Of a stretch of DNA of 64,000 bases, positions 45,028 to 59,774 are shown one piece after another. The first letter of the stretch is position 1. Every line of letters starts with the position of its first letter. The stretch is from the human T2T-CHM13v2.0 reference genome, Homo sapiens. The translations under genes and the position numbers were made by a program. The notes under the pieces were generated by a model. That model was given only the letters and a program-made list of their open reading frames with translations, searched no databases and was not told the origin of the DNA. The DNA is taken from assembly GCF_009914755.1 (NCBI RefSeq), contig NC_060927.1; one strand, 5' to 3'.

Positions 45028-47959
45028 GTAGTTATGGATGAAAAGTTTTAGTGGGAAGGCCAGAATTTTCTGAACTTTCTCCCAACTCAGTAAGTACTGC
45101 CTGTCCCTTGCTTTGTATTACTCACTGCAACTAAAGAATCTTTTGCACCAGCACATCACCTTGTTTGACACTAAATCACATGGCATAAGTATGAAGACTC
45201 AAATGAGAATTTTCATTATAAATCTCTCCACTATGAAAGTGTGAAAACACATTTCAAAATCTGCCACATACTGTCACCTGGGGAGGGGAAGCCAAAACAA
45301 GTACTTTTACCCCTTGCATCATTACCTTGTGTCTGACAACAGTTCTAAGCATAACGCTTTTTAAGTGCTTGGTAATTTAATATTTAAATTGCTTCCTGAA
45401 TAGTCCATGTTGAATATATATGTGTATTAGGCTTAGTATCTCTGAAATTTTCATCCCGTAGCTGTCATCTTTCATGTAGGTCAAACTACAGATTTTTACT
45501 AACAGGTGAATCCTTCTAAAACAATTACAGTATGAAATTTAGAGCTGATAAATTGGATTTTACAATAAATTTTTAATAATGGTAACACTGAAAAGGCTCA
45601 TGACTTTTTTCATTTTCATTGCATTTTATGTGGTCATTTCTTTCTTTTTATACATTTTCTCAAATTCTGAAAAGTTATCTGCTATTTCAAGGAATCACAA
45701 GTATGAGAAACACTTTAGTTATATCTAACCCATTAGAAGAACTATATAGAAGTCAGCTTTTCAATTCAAATTCCCTTTGAAGTTACTTCACAAATATAAA
45801 CAAAATAACAATAAGAAAACAGAATAAACAGAAATAGAAACAGAAATTTATTAACATCGATTTTCTTTCATTTATTGAAAAGACCCTCTATTTCTACCTT
45901 TGGTGTATCATTTCATTGTAGTGGCCACTGCTATTGGTTATTTATCTAGCATCCATTTCCCTTTACCCCTTTGTAATGGAACCAGCTTTGTTCAGATATA
46001 CACCCCTCCTGCTATTCCACATTGAAAATTCTGGGGATGAGCCATAATTCATTCAAACCAAGTTTGCCCTTGACTAGTTCAAGAATTAAATTCGGTTAGG
46101 GCAAGGTATTCTCCTGGAGACAGGTATGCTAGCACAAACAGGCGTGCTAACTGTTCATCCTCTTCCCCGCCCCACAGTAAGGAAACTGAACATCAGTACT
46201 TTTTCCATGGCCAGCCGAATAAAGCCCAAACGCAGCATTCAAGATTCTCTACTATCTTGCCCCCAACTACTTTTTGGCTCTTTCTCCCTTGCACACATCT
46301 CCTGCTCTAGCAGCTTGGCCTTTCAAGAGTATACCCCTGCCTGTTCCACTTTACATCCTTCCTTCAGGCTGTTCCTTTGGTTAAGAAAGCCCATCCACTC
46401 CCATCTGAGCCAATTCATACCCTATTCATTCAATGTCCAGATAAAAAGTAAACTTTTCCAAGAAGTCTTACTTGATACTTACATTAACAAATAGAACTCA
46501 TCATACATTCCCTGTACCATAAATTATTTGTGCATGCTTACAGCCTGTTTTAAAAATGCAAACTCCTTACGGGCTGCAGACACTCACACGCGTCTTTGTA
46601 TTCCACCACCACCTTTCCCCACCAGATACTCAAAAGCACAGAGTGATGGCTCTGTAAATATCTGTTGAACAATGAACACTGTTTTTGAAAGTGGAAAATG
46701 CCTCTACATAACAGGTTATTGCCAAAACTGAGAAGTCCTTGGAAGTCTTTAAAAACATTTTTCTATGGCTTGGGAATAGTTTTGCTGAAGAAAAAAGAAC
46801 AAATCAGATGACCTTGCAAGGCTGAGTCTGCGAATTGTATCAACTCTTTTAAAGTACTGCCTAATAATTCAAAAACAAACTATACACAAATGCTATTTAC
46901 AAAAAGAGGAGCATTTATTATAATATACAACTTTAATAATAGAATGTTCTACCAAAAATTTGAGCTGTTCTTGTAATATTGGTAATATTTAGAGCTGTGT
47001 CCAAGGATTGCATAAAAAGCCGATTTACTCTCTTATTTCACACTTAAAAGTAGTAGGACAGAGAGAAAAACTGGCCATCTCAAACTAGTAACAGTACAAG
47101 ATACTTGGAAGCACAAGTTCATAACATGGACATATTGATGTTATTGTGTGCACATCATCACTAAAAATATACCTACTGAACTCTAGAAAAGTTAATTTTG
47201 ATGATAACAGCTTCATTAGTTTCTACGGAGAAGACATACAAAAAGTTTTCGTATTCTCTTCTCCCCTATTCAATGAATCTGCACAATTTAAGTTGGCTAG
47301 TATTAGGTTACTTCAAAATCAGTTCGAATAAGGCCATGAAATGACTGGAAACATGCTGGTGTCTCCAGAAAAAAAACAGGGTTAACCACAAAGTTCCAAA
47401 ATCACTGAACCCGCTTTTTAAATAACATCCTTCAGAAAAAAAATCTCAGTAAATCTCAGCAATAAATGGGACAGAAAACTGGATTCCACAGGAGAATGCA
47501 CACACAAAAACAAACAGCACTGCATAGGATGAAAATCAGGATCTAAATTAATATGATGGCTATTCACCGAAAATGTAAGAAAGATTAAGCAGAGATTAAA
47601 AGCTAAATTTATAAACAGATGTTTTAAAAACCGTTAACAAGAAATTTAAAGACATTTATTTATTTTGTTCTAATATTGTTATATTCTATGTATTGTTGAG
47701 AGCCAACTTAAGTCCTTTGGAGATGAAGCTAGAGTGTAAATAAATTCTTGTTTTCGATTGTAGTATAGCACAGTATACAATTAGTTTTAAAATAAAGATC
47801 ATTTTCGGCCAAAACGTGTATAGGCTTCTAAAAGGTTACGTTAAAGCTATAAAGTTTTCCAAATGATTTTAAAAGCACTTCTAGTTTTCCTAGGGCCGCC
47901 TAGTAAAGACAACTGGTTCTAAATACAGTTTCTAACTGGACCAGTGAGTAAGGGAGTTC

Positions 47960-48900
47960 GTTATCTAAAAAGGATCCTGCATTCCGCAGAGCGCAGCGAG
48001 GTGAGAGTCAGGGCCCGGCCTGGGACCGGAGGTAGCCGGACGAGTTTAGTTACCTCTCTGACAAGGAACACCTGGGCTGCGCGGGCGGCAGAAGCAGCCG
48101 CTGCAGGTGCGCGCGAGCCTCGGCCGCAGCAACGAACGCCGCCCCTGAGAAAGTTGGACTCCCGACCCTCGGCAAAGCAAGGAGGCTCTTTGCCGTCCCC
48201 AAACAGCTTCGCCCCGGGCCCGCCGACCCGGCCTGGCCCCACCGGGAAGAAAGGGCTGGAGCTACTCACCGTGCAGAGAGAGGAGCAGCAAAGGCGCCAG
48301 AGGGGAACGCTGAGAAGTCATCCCGGGGCCGCAGGGAGCGCGCCTGCCTCCTACCCGGCTCCCGGTCGCAACAGGAGAGGAGCGGGCGTGAGTCTCCGCG
48401 CTCTTGGGGCAGCCTGGTCCTCCCACACCCAGCTCCGGGCCGCTGTTCCCCGCGCAGAGCTGGGACTGTCAGACCCACAGACGAGCCAAGTGCAGCTGCA
48501 GCGCCGCCCGGCTCCGCGGACGCTGAGCTGTGACCAGAGGCGTTCCGGGCTCGCCAGCCGTGCCACCCAGCCCTGCCCCAGGACTAGCCGACCCCTCGCG
48601 CAGTCCGGGGAGCCACTCCCCCCAACTCACGCCCCGCTACTCCAGCCGCAGCTCGGCTCCTCGCCGCGCCGCCCACTCGCCCCGCTTGGTCTCCAGGGCA
48701 ACCGCGGCTCCAGCGCGACGCCTGGCGGCCCACCCGCGGAGCAGAGCGCGGCGCGCAGCTGGCGCGGCCCCCGCCACCTGTGCACCGCGCCGCCCGCTCC
48801 CCCGCACGCCTCCACCAGCTCCGGGAACCGAGGGGTGGGCGCCCTCCTCGCCGGAGTTAGGGCCCCTCCCTTGGTCTAAACCCCTCCGCAAACAGGTGGT
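47960..48900 (-). promoter_or_regulatory. IGSF11: CpG island promoter and 5' UTR of IGSF11
   Basis: Abrupt GC- and CpG-rich kilobase in an AT-rich background, overlapping the first coding exon. No minus-strand ATG was seen between 48322 and ~48900. The exact TSS cannot be read from sequence. Confidence 0.9.
48270..48321 (-). CDS. IGSF11: First coding exon of IGSF11 (BT-IgSF/VSIG3), encoding the signal peptide
   Basis: The reverse complement reads ATG ACT TCT CAG CGT TCC CCT CTG GCG CCT TTG CTG CTC CTC TCT CTG CAC G|GTGAGT = MTSQRSPLAPLLLLSLH-G, matching the IGSF11 N-terminus as I recall it. It has a consensus phase-1 donor at 48269-48264, G at -3 of the ATG, and lies inside a CpG island. No later coding exon was recognised in the window. 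Confidence 0.93.
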
Positions 48901-51900
48901 GTCGGCCTGATGCATCCTGGAGAGCTCTAGCAATGACTTTTCCACAGCCTTCCTCTGAGCCTGCAAGAGTCTTTCCTGTTGCAGTTTTCGGATAATTTAT
49001 ATTTGGCTTTTTCACTTTCAGTCCTCTCTTATAAAACCTAAATAATCTGAAAGAACCTGACTCTGGCAGAATTAGGAATTCCTAATTTTACAGTGTTTTG
49101 GTTTTGCGCTGTTTCCTGGATGCCTTTTCACCTTTCTTCCTTGAAAAGTGGATAGAGGCTGGACCATGCCCCTAACTCCCCATTCCTATCAGAGAGACTG
49201 CCATCTTCTCTTGCCCCTTTTGTAAACCTTATGTCAACTTCTAATATTTTAAGTTTTCCAGCTTAAACGTTAGTGCTTTCTTAAACTGACCTTAAGTATA
49301 CATGTTAACTAGTGGGGTATGTACATTTATTGTAATCGTTGTTTAGTTGGGTTTTTTGTTTTTGCTTCTTGTTTGTTTGGGTTGGGTGGGGAGAAAGACT
49401 TTCCTAGCATCTGAAATTGTTTTACTTAAATATCTACCTACATCTTTTCTTGTAAAACCTATCTTTATTCTCTTATACTGGGCTCTGCTCTTTATTGTAC
49501 AGCTCATAGTCACTTCCTGCTTCAGCCTCCAAACTGAGCCTTCTAAATTTGAGGACATACCTGCCCAGGGGATGCCAACCCATTTTGGTCAGTTTCTACA
49601 GCAGCATAAATTAGGGTTCTCGGAGCCATTCAGAAATTGAGCCCTCATCTGGCAAATACAATCCTCCCAGGGAAACTCAGAAACAAAAATAATATGCACA
49701 GAAGAAAAATATGTAAAATATTTTTTAAACATACATTTGGACAAGGATTGGAAGATATATGTAAAATTAAAATATCAAGATGGTGGAGTTATGGATGTAC
49801 TTCTTTTTGAAAATGTGGATATTATATTTTTAAGGTTAAAAAAATGAAACATGTTAAGAAATGTTAATAACTTTTAACAAGAATATCCTGAAAGGATAAA
49901 TTTTGATTATGAAGTAGAGATGCCTCAACTTTGCTCACTACTTCCAACTTGCTAGAATTCCCTACCAGATCTCTAATGGCAAGAAATAAATGATATGACA
50001 GTAGAGTTTTTCATATTAATAACAAATTTAAATTTCCAACTATGATATCACGAGGCTCATTCTCATTCTTTTAAACTCCAGGGTAAGGACTAGAGTTTCT
50101 TTTTTCCATCCAATTCAATCCCTCACCCTCTCTTGTACATATTCCTGCAGTCTAATCCAGTCCTAAGCAGGGTATAAGAGTAAGCAATATAAGAAGAAAA
50201 ACAAGGAAGCTGTCAAGTGATAGGAGCTACTGAGAGCAACTCTTCATGTCACCATAATCCCAGATATAAATATAGAGGCAGAATATTTATCCTTTAAATA
50301 AATATCCTTTAAATAACCTAATAATCTGAGCTTAAAGCTCTGATAAAGCAAGTTATCTGATATATTTATCGCATCAATTTAACAACTATTTACCAAGTAC
50401 CTACACTTTGTAAGGCACCAGGTTTAAGGTTAAACCAAAAAAAAAAAATGACCCCTGACCCCAAATAAGTTCCAATTGCATATGGGCTATATCTGTGCTA
50501 TCATAAATAAGCAGATAGAGTTCTGCCTCTTTGTCACCTAAGGATACTTCTGCCTTGCCAGGCAAGAGCTACTGAGTCATTAAGAGGACAATGCTCACAG
50601 TTCAGTAAAGGAGCCCTTTCAATAGAAAAAAAAAAGTGTGGCTTCTGAAGGGAGAGTGAGGATGATCAGATTTCAGGAGGCAATCCAGCTGCTGAGAAGC
50701 ATGGGGGCAGATGGTAGATGGTGGACCAGAAGAAAGCAGATCAGGAGTACTAGAAGCTCCAAGTGCTGTACACAGAGGCTTCCAAGGACACTCTCCCAGG
50801 AAACAAAAAGTGTGGTTTTTAAAAAAATTCATAGAGATAATACCATTGACATATACTTTGAGTAATTTTTTATTAGTAATGATGAGTTTCACCAGCTCTT
50901 TTATCCTAATCTGCTTTACGACCACAGAAGGATTTCTTTAAATCCCTTAAGTATTCTGAGTACTAAAGACAGAGACAATATGTTATATTTGTGTAACACT
51001 TTACAAATTTCAAAGTGCTTTCACACCTATTATCTGATTTAATCTTCACAGCAAACCCAGGGGGGATGGGTAAGGCATGTATGATGACCCTGTCTTCACA
51101 CAGGAGGATACTGTGTCTTAAAGCTATCTGAGGGTAACACTGTACTTGCCTCCTAAAGATTTATCCCACCTCTGCCCCACCATGATCACTACCACACCCA
51201 GACACCACCTGAGAAGCTATAAAATTTGGATGAGATTGGCCCCACCCTCATCTCTGAGAGAGTTATAGTTGGTCTACCTTACCAAGAAAGAAATGGAGAG
51301 GGGAATGATCAGGATGAGGAATCCTGGTAGAAGACTCTGCTATATGGCACCTTTGACTCAAAAACATTGATGACGTGAAAATAAGTCAACTGCTAAAGTT
51401 CACATTTTAATCCTAGGCAGGCTCTCCTCAACCCATCAAAATGCTGGACCACTTCTTTCCACAATCAGTTAATCTGCATTCAAGAATGGAAAATTAACTT
51501 TATTATTAGCTTAGGAGGAACATAATTAAGAAAGAAAAATGATGTAGGGAATTATAAGGATTTCCAATGCCAAGTATAAATTATTTTTGAATTAGCTATT
51601 TTAAGTTTTTAATACCTCAGATCCCTCTTCATTCATATATATAAATTAAAGGTTAATTGCATTTAAGTTTTGGTCTGTATTTGTCTATGGAGTGTTTTAT
51701 AAGAACATTATTCTTAAAGTTAGGAAAAACCTGTTTGATCCTTGCTTGAGCCAGTAACTCATTCTGTATATATTTTAACCCAGCTGCTTAGAGCCAGCAT
51801 ATAGTCTAGAGCACAGTTTGGTCCTTTTAGAAGTAAAATTTTAGAGGAATTTTTCTCCCTCCCCCTCCCCCTTTGCAAAATGTCAAGAAAAGCTCTAAAA

Positions 51901-52875
51901 TGACAATAAAGGAATGGGAAAGAAAATAGTGGCATCATTACAGTAAGAAAGAAAGTAAACCAACAAGTGTTTATTGTATGTTGACATAAATAGACCACTT
52001 AATATTTTAAAACAACACTCTCAAATTTTGGATTAACTCATAACGTAGATATATTGATATCTTGTTGTCTTTCTTACATCTGTTTCTTCCCACTCCTCTG
52101 TCAACCATTCCTAGATAGGATTTACAAGGAGCTAAACAGCAATATCCATCCTCCTCCCCATAGCCCAATCCCTATCACTGTTGTGAATATTGTCAAAGTT
52201 TCCCATCTTCATCCATTTTGGGAAAAGTTAGCTCTTTTTCTTGAAGCCCTAATTTATTTTTGGGTAAAGTTACTCTCTGAGCAGGGAACATTGTAACGAA
52301 ATGCTACTGAATTAATTCTAATAGCAAATTTAAAATAATACCACTAGGTTTTTTTAGGACTTGAAAAAGGCAATAGCATAAGTAGCATTTTGTATGTCAC
52401 CTGAAAAATTTTTGTATTTTCATTTTTATAAGGAATATAATTTTCAAATATTCTGCCAAGTTTCTTTACCAGTTTTCATTAAAGGTAATATGCTTCAGAT
52501 TAATTCACTTGATTTTATATTGGGGTATAGGAAGTTACCTCAGTATTTTCCAATTCTGAGGTGTTTTCCATAGAAGTTTAATTTAAAGTGCAGTTCAGAC
52601 TTTCACTTCCAGCAACAAAACAGGTTAGAGACCTTGATTTATTAAAAATGTGAGATTATATATTTTTATAATCTTAAATGAATCCATTGTAATCTTGAAT
52701 GAATAAAACATGGAAAACTAAAGCCAAAGGCTGCACAAAGGAAGGAATCCATCTACAGTCTATTCTCAACACAGCATCCATGGTGATCCGATGAAGTCAG
52801 ATCAGGTCTGTCCAAGACCTTCCAATGGCTTCCTGTATCACTCAGGATGAGTCCTTACTGTAAATGACAGGGCCC

Positions 52876-53345
52876 GTGTTAGTTGTCTATTGCTGCTATA
52901 ACAAATTACGACAAACTTGGTGGCGTAAAACAACACAAATGTGTTATAGTTCTTGAGGTCAGAAGTCTAAAATGATTCTCAGTAGACTAAAATCAAGGTG
53001 TGGACAAGGCTGTGTTCCTTTCTGGAGGTTCCGGGGAGAATCATTTTCTTACCTTTTTCAGATTCTAGAGCCCACCTACTTTCCTTGGCTCATGGTCCCC
53101 TTCTTCTATCTTCAAATCCAGCAACATCTGGCCAAGCCCTTCTCACCTCCTTCCACATTTAAGGATCCTCGTGATTACACTGGGCCCACACAGATAATCC
53201 AGAATGACCTCATTTCCAGATCAGTTGAACAGCATCCATCAGCAACGTTAATTCCCCTTTGCCATAGGAGGTAATATATTCACAGGTTCTGGGGATTAGG
53301 AAGTGGGGAATCCCATTTGTGGGGGGCCCTTATTCTGATTACCAC
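52876..53345 (-). mobile_element. MLT1-family (MaLR) solo LTR inserted in an L2
   Basis: TATTGCTGCTATAACAAATTACGACAAACTTGGTGGCGTAAAACAACAC and TATATTCACAGGTTCTGGGGATTAGGA motifs. L2-like sequence continues on both sides. Confidence 0.82.
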
Positions 53346-53571
53346 AAGACCCTACTGGATCTAGTCCCCCATTATCTCTCTGACCACATCTTCTGTTTTT
53401 CCCCTTAGTCATTCTGCTGTCACCATAATGACCTCCTCAATGTTTCTTGAATAGGCAGGAACATGTTTGCCTCAGGACCACTAAAATTGTTCTTTCCCTA
53501 CGTTTTTGTATAGCTCTCCTTTCACTTCTTAAGATCTTTTCTCATGTGTCACCTAAGTCGTAACTGACCAT

Positions 53572-54260
53572 TGAAACCACCTTTGCAAAATTATGACGGA
53601 GACAGTGAAAGAGATCTAACTTAACCTACTCCATCTTGCTTCTAACCTCCAACCTGTCCTTTTTCATTCCTGGGCGTAGGCTGAACTAACTTTGGGAGAA
53701 ACTTAGTTTATAGTTTAAACAAAGACGATAACAGCCCTTTCCCAAAGCAGACCTTCTTCTTGCCTGGGGACTAGATTGCCTTTGTAGGACTAACATTAGC
53801 CACAAGATTAGAAATTATGGTTTAGGAGTCATGCAGCCAGAGGCTACAAGATTCTGACCCTCCCTAAACTGCTCCTAAGATCAGTGCTTGAGATAGTTTG
53901 CAGACCCTGCACAGGATGGATGGATCAGCTGGCACCACCCAGATCAATAAACTGTCTCATTTGATCTTGTGGCCCCCTCCCAGGAAATGACTCAGTGCAA
54001 GAAGACAGCTTTGACTCACTATAATTTCATCCCTAACCAATCAGCACTCCTGGCTCACTGGCTTCCCCTCATCCACCAAGTTATCCTTAAAAACTCTGCT
54101 CCCTGAATGTCTGGGGAGACTGATTTGAGTAATAATAAAGCTCCAGTCTCCCACACAGCCAGCTCTGCGTGAATTACTCTTTCTCTATTGCAATTCCCCT
54201 GTCTTGATGAATTGGCTCTGTTGAGGCAGCAGGCAAGGTGAACCCCTTGGGCAGTTAACA
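53572..54260 (+). mobile_element. LTR8-type (ERV1) solo LTR
   Basis: TGAAACCACCTTTGCAAAATTATGAC start, GAACCCCTTGGGCAGTTAACA end, 689 bp, near-perfect 4-bp TSD CCAT/TCAT, AATAAA near 54134. Confidence 0.85.
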
Positions 54261-54519
54261 TCATCCTTCTAAAATAAAAAATTTAAAAGACATTTTAAAA
54301 TCCCTCTCCCCGTTGTATTTTTTCTTAGTATTCTGTCATTAACATAGTCAATTATTTTAATAATCTTGTTTGTTTATTGTCTGCTTCACCCAATATGATC
54401 TACAAGGACAGGAACTCTATTTTATTCATTGCTGAATTCTCAGTGTCTTTAACAGATCATGACACATGTAGATACTGAATAAATATTTTGAATGGATGAA
54501 TCAATGAATGAAGCAATTC

Positions 54520-55910
<1,391 letters not shown>

Positions 55911-55914
55911 TGCC

Positions 55915-58870
55915 CACTGAAGGCAAAGAAGCCATTCCTGGCCTTATCTGACAGAGGTCCTTGGGGAAGAGAAGGCAGCCAGCAGAATCAGAGAGAGGCC
56001 ACAGGGTGAAGGAAGCTCATAGTGCACATTGGAGTGCTCAGTGGGCAGGCAGGGAGGGGCGAAGCCTGAGAGCCCTGCTTGTTTTCTCAGCAGGGAGGGT
56101 TGTAGCCTTGGGCAAGATCTAAGCCCTGATTGCAGGCTGACTGGATATAAACTCAATATGGTTGCTGGGGCATGGCAGGATTGAGACTGACCTTGCCGGT
56201 TATGAGGGAGCTGGGTAAGGCCTGTCACTGCTGGCTTTCCCCCACTTCCCTGGTGACCTGTATGATGCAGCAGAGGCAGCCATAATCCCCCTGGGAACAA
56301 AACTCTATTGGCCTGGGAACCACCTCCCACCCCCCACAGTGGTGGCAGCAAGCCCCGTCCAAGAAAAGCCTAAGCTCAGACCTGCCTAACAGTGCCCACA
56401 CCTGATGGTTTTTCTCTACTCACTCTGGTAGCTGAAGACAAAAGGCATAAGCTCTTGAGAGCTCTATGGCCCTACCCATCACCTGAGAAACCTAAGTACC
56501 CATCCTGCCAAATGTAGGGCAAGATTATATACCCCTCCTACTACCTCAGCTGGTGCTCTCTTGAAAACACCACCTCCTGGCTGGAGGCAAACCAACTCAA
56601 GCCATTACAGCAACTCATAACAGAACAACTGTTACCAGGGGGTCCTTGTTCTTAGAGCTCCCAAGATGGTGGCGGGCAGCTTCCAAGATGGCGGCAAGCC
56701 TCTTGTTCTCTGACCTGGGGTTCTTGGCCTAACGGATTCCAGGGAATGGAATCTTGGCTCATGTGGTGAGTGTTATAGCTCTATTAGAAGCTGTGGGTCA
56801 CAGAAGAGAACCGTGGAACCCAGCGACTAGCGTTCAGCTTGATTTGGATGAACCCGGGCACTTAGCTATGCAGGAACAATGGCAAGCCTTTAGCCTGATT
56901 GTGCAGTTGCAAGATTTAATAGAGTGAAAACAGAGCTCCCATAAATGGGAGGGGACTCAAAGGGGGTTGCTGTTGCCAGCTCGAATGCCTGGGTTTATAT
57001 GCCAATCATTTTCCCTCCCCCTGTGCTCTCAGGCGATAGATGACTGGCTGTCTTGTTTTTGCCTAATTGGCATTTTAGTGAGCTCTCTTTACTACCTGAT
57101 TAGTCGGGTGTGAGCTAAGTTGCAAGCCCCATGTTTAAAGGTGGATGTGGTCACCTTCCCAGCTATGCTTAGGGATTCTTAGTTGGCCTAGGAAATCCAG
57201 CTAGTCATGTCTCTCACAACCATGCTCCAAAGAAGGAGGAAATAACAACTGATTCCATTGCCGGCAACACCCTAGCTAACCAGAGGTCCTGAGTCCATCC
57301 ACATGACAATTTTACTGCTAGCATGCTAGCATAACAACCATTCAAAAACTTGGTTGCAAAAAACTGCAACCAAGGACTCCCACAGAGTTCACAACACACC
57401 TCTGCCACCTCCACCAGAGCAGGTTCTGGTATCCATGGCTGGGAGACCTAAAGATGGATCACAACATAGGACTTTTTGCAGGCATTCCCCAATACCAGAC
57501 GGGAGCCCAGTTAGCCCCACTGGGTGGCTAGATGCAGAAGGGCAATAACAATCACTGCAGTCCAGCTTTCAAGAAGCCCCATCCCTAGGGGAAGCAGGAG
57601 AGTACCACATCCAAAGGATCACCTCATGGGACAAAACAATCTGAACAGCAGCCCTTGAGTTCCAGATCTTTCCACTGAAACAGTCTACCCAAAAAAGAAG
57701 GAACCAGAAAAGCAGTTCTGATAATATGACAAAACAAGGTTCTATTAACACCCCCAAAAGATCACATTAGCACTGCAGCAATCCAAACCAAGAAAAAATC
57801 TCTGAATTGCCAAATAAAGAATTCAGAAGGTCGATTATTAAGCTACTCAAGGAGGCACAAGAGAAAGGTGAAAAACAACTTAAAGAAACCTAAAAAACAA
57901 CACAGGATATGGATGAAAAAGTCTCCAGAGAAATAGACATCATAAAGAAAAGACAATCACAACTTCTGAAAATGAAAGACATACTTAGAGAAATGCAAAA
58001 TACACTGGGAAGTTTCAGCAATCAAATCGAACAAGTAGAAGAAAGAACTTCAGAGCTTGAAGATAAGACTTTCTAGTTAACCCAATCAGACAAGGGTAAA
58101 GAAAAAAAGAATTTTTAAAAAATAAACAAAGCCTCCAAGAAATTTGGGATTATGTTAAATGACCAAACATAAGAATAATTAGTATTCCTGAGGAAGAGAA
58201 ATCTAAAAGTTTGGAAAAAGTATTTGAGGAAATAATTGAGGAAAACTTCCCTGGTCTTGCTAGAGATCCAGATATTCAAATATAAGATGCTCAAGGAACA
58301 CCTGGTAAGTTCATCACAAAAAGATCATCACCTAGGCACAGAGTCAACAGGTTATCTAATATTAAGATGAAGAAAAGAATCTTAAGAGTTGTGAGGTAAA
58401 ACCATCTGGTAACCTGTCATACAAAGGAAAAGCTATCAGACTAACACCAGATTTCTCAGCAGAAATCCTGCAAGCCAAAAGGATCTGTAGCCTTCTTAAA
58501 CAAAATAATTATCAGCCTAGAATTTTGTATCCAGCAAAACTAAGCTTCATAAACGAAGGAGAGATAAAGTCTTTTTCAGACAAACAAATGCTGACAGAAT
58601 TCACCACTAACAAGCTTGCACTACAAAAAATGCTAAAAGGAGTTCTAAATCTTGGAACAAAACCTGAAATACACCAAAATAGAACCGCCTTAAAGCACAA
58701 ATCTCACAGGACCTATAAAACAATAACACAGTTAAAAAAAGGAATTCAAGCAACAATCAGCATGATGAATAGAACAGTACCTCACATCTCAATACTAACA
58801 CTGAATGTAAATGGCCTAAATGCTCCACTTAAAAAATAGAGAATGGCAGAACGGATAAAATCCCACAAAA
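55915..58870 (+). mobile_element. L1PB-like element: 5' region, decayed ORF1 and start of ORF2
   Basis: YPAKLSFINEGEIKSFSDKQML ORF1 remnant (58525 on) and MNRTVPHISILTLNVNGLNAPLK ORF2 start. Interrupted by LTR17 and by the young L1 at 58871. Confidence 0.82.
56630..57216 (-). mobile_element. HERV-W LTR17 solo LTR with internal deletions
   Basis: The reverse complement begins TGAGAGACATGACTAGCTGGATTTCCTAGGCCAACTAAGAATCCCTAAGC and ends in ...AACA. Perfect 4-bp TSD CAAC (56626-56629, 57217-57220). TATAAA near 56994-56999 and ATTAAA near 56914-56919. Confidence 0.9.
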
Positions 58871-59774
58871 GGGAGGAGCCCAGATGGCCAAATAGGAACA
58901 GCTCCGGTCTACAGCTCCCAGCGTGAGCGACACAGAATATGGGTGATTTCTGCATTTCCATCTGAGGTACCGGGTTCACTTCACTAGGGAGCGCCAGACA
59001 GTGGGCGCAGGTCAGTGGGTGCGTGCACCGTGCACGAGCCGAAGCAGGGCGAGGCATTGCCTCACTTGGGAAGCGCAAGGGGTCAGGGAGTTCCCTTTCC
59101 GAGTCAAAGAAAGGGGTGACGAACGGCACCTGGAAAATCGGGTCACTCCCACCCGAATACTGCGCTTTTGCGACGGGCTTAAAAAACGGCGCACCACGAG
59201 ATTATATCCCGCACATGGCTCGGAGGGTCCTACTCCACGGAGTCTCGCTGATTGCTAGCACAGCAGTCTGAGATCAAACTGCAAGGCGGCAGTGAGGCTG
59301 GGGGAGGGGCGCCCACCATTGCCCAGGCTTGCTTAGGTAAACAAAGCAGCCAAGAAGCTCCAACTGGGTGGAGCCCACCACAGCTCAAGGAGGCCTGCCT
59401 GCCTCTGTAGGCTCCACCTCTGGGGGCAGGGCACAGACAAACAAAAAGACAGCAGTAACCTCTGCACACTTAAATGTCCCTGTCTGACAGCTTTGAAGAG
59501 AGCAGTGGTTCTCCCAGCACGCAGCTGGAGATCTGAGAACGGGCAGACTGCCTCCTCAAGTGGGTCCCTGACCCCTGACCCCCGAGCAGCCTAACTGGGA
59601 GGCACCCCCCAGCAGGGGCACAGTGACACCTCACACTCCAGGGTACTCCAACAGACCTGCAGCTGAGGGTCCTGTCTGTTAGAAGGAAAACTAACAAACA
59701 GAAAAGACATCCACACCAAAAACCCATCTGTACATCACCATCATCAAAGACCAAAAGTAGATAAAACCACAAAG

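Noticed and set aside
47944-48879. 311-aa plus-strand ORF and other overlapping ORFs in the CpG island
   Set aside because: Non-ATG start and low-complexity Ala/Pro/Arg/Gly content. Long open frames are expected in GC-rich DNA. The real coding exon is the 52-nt minus-strand one.
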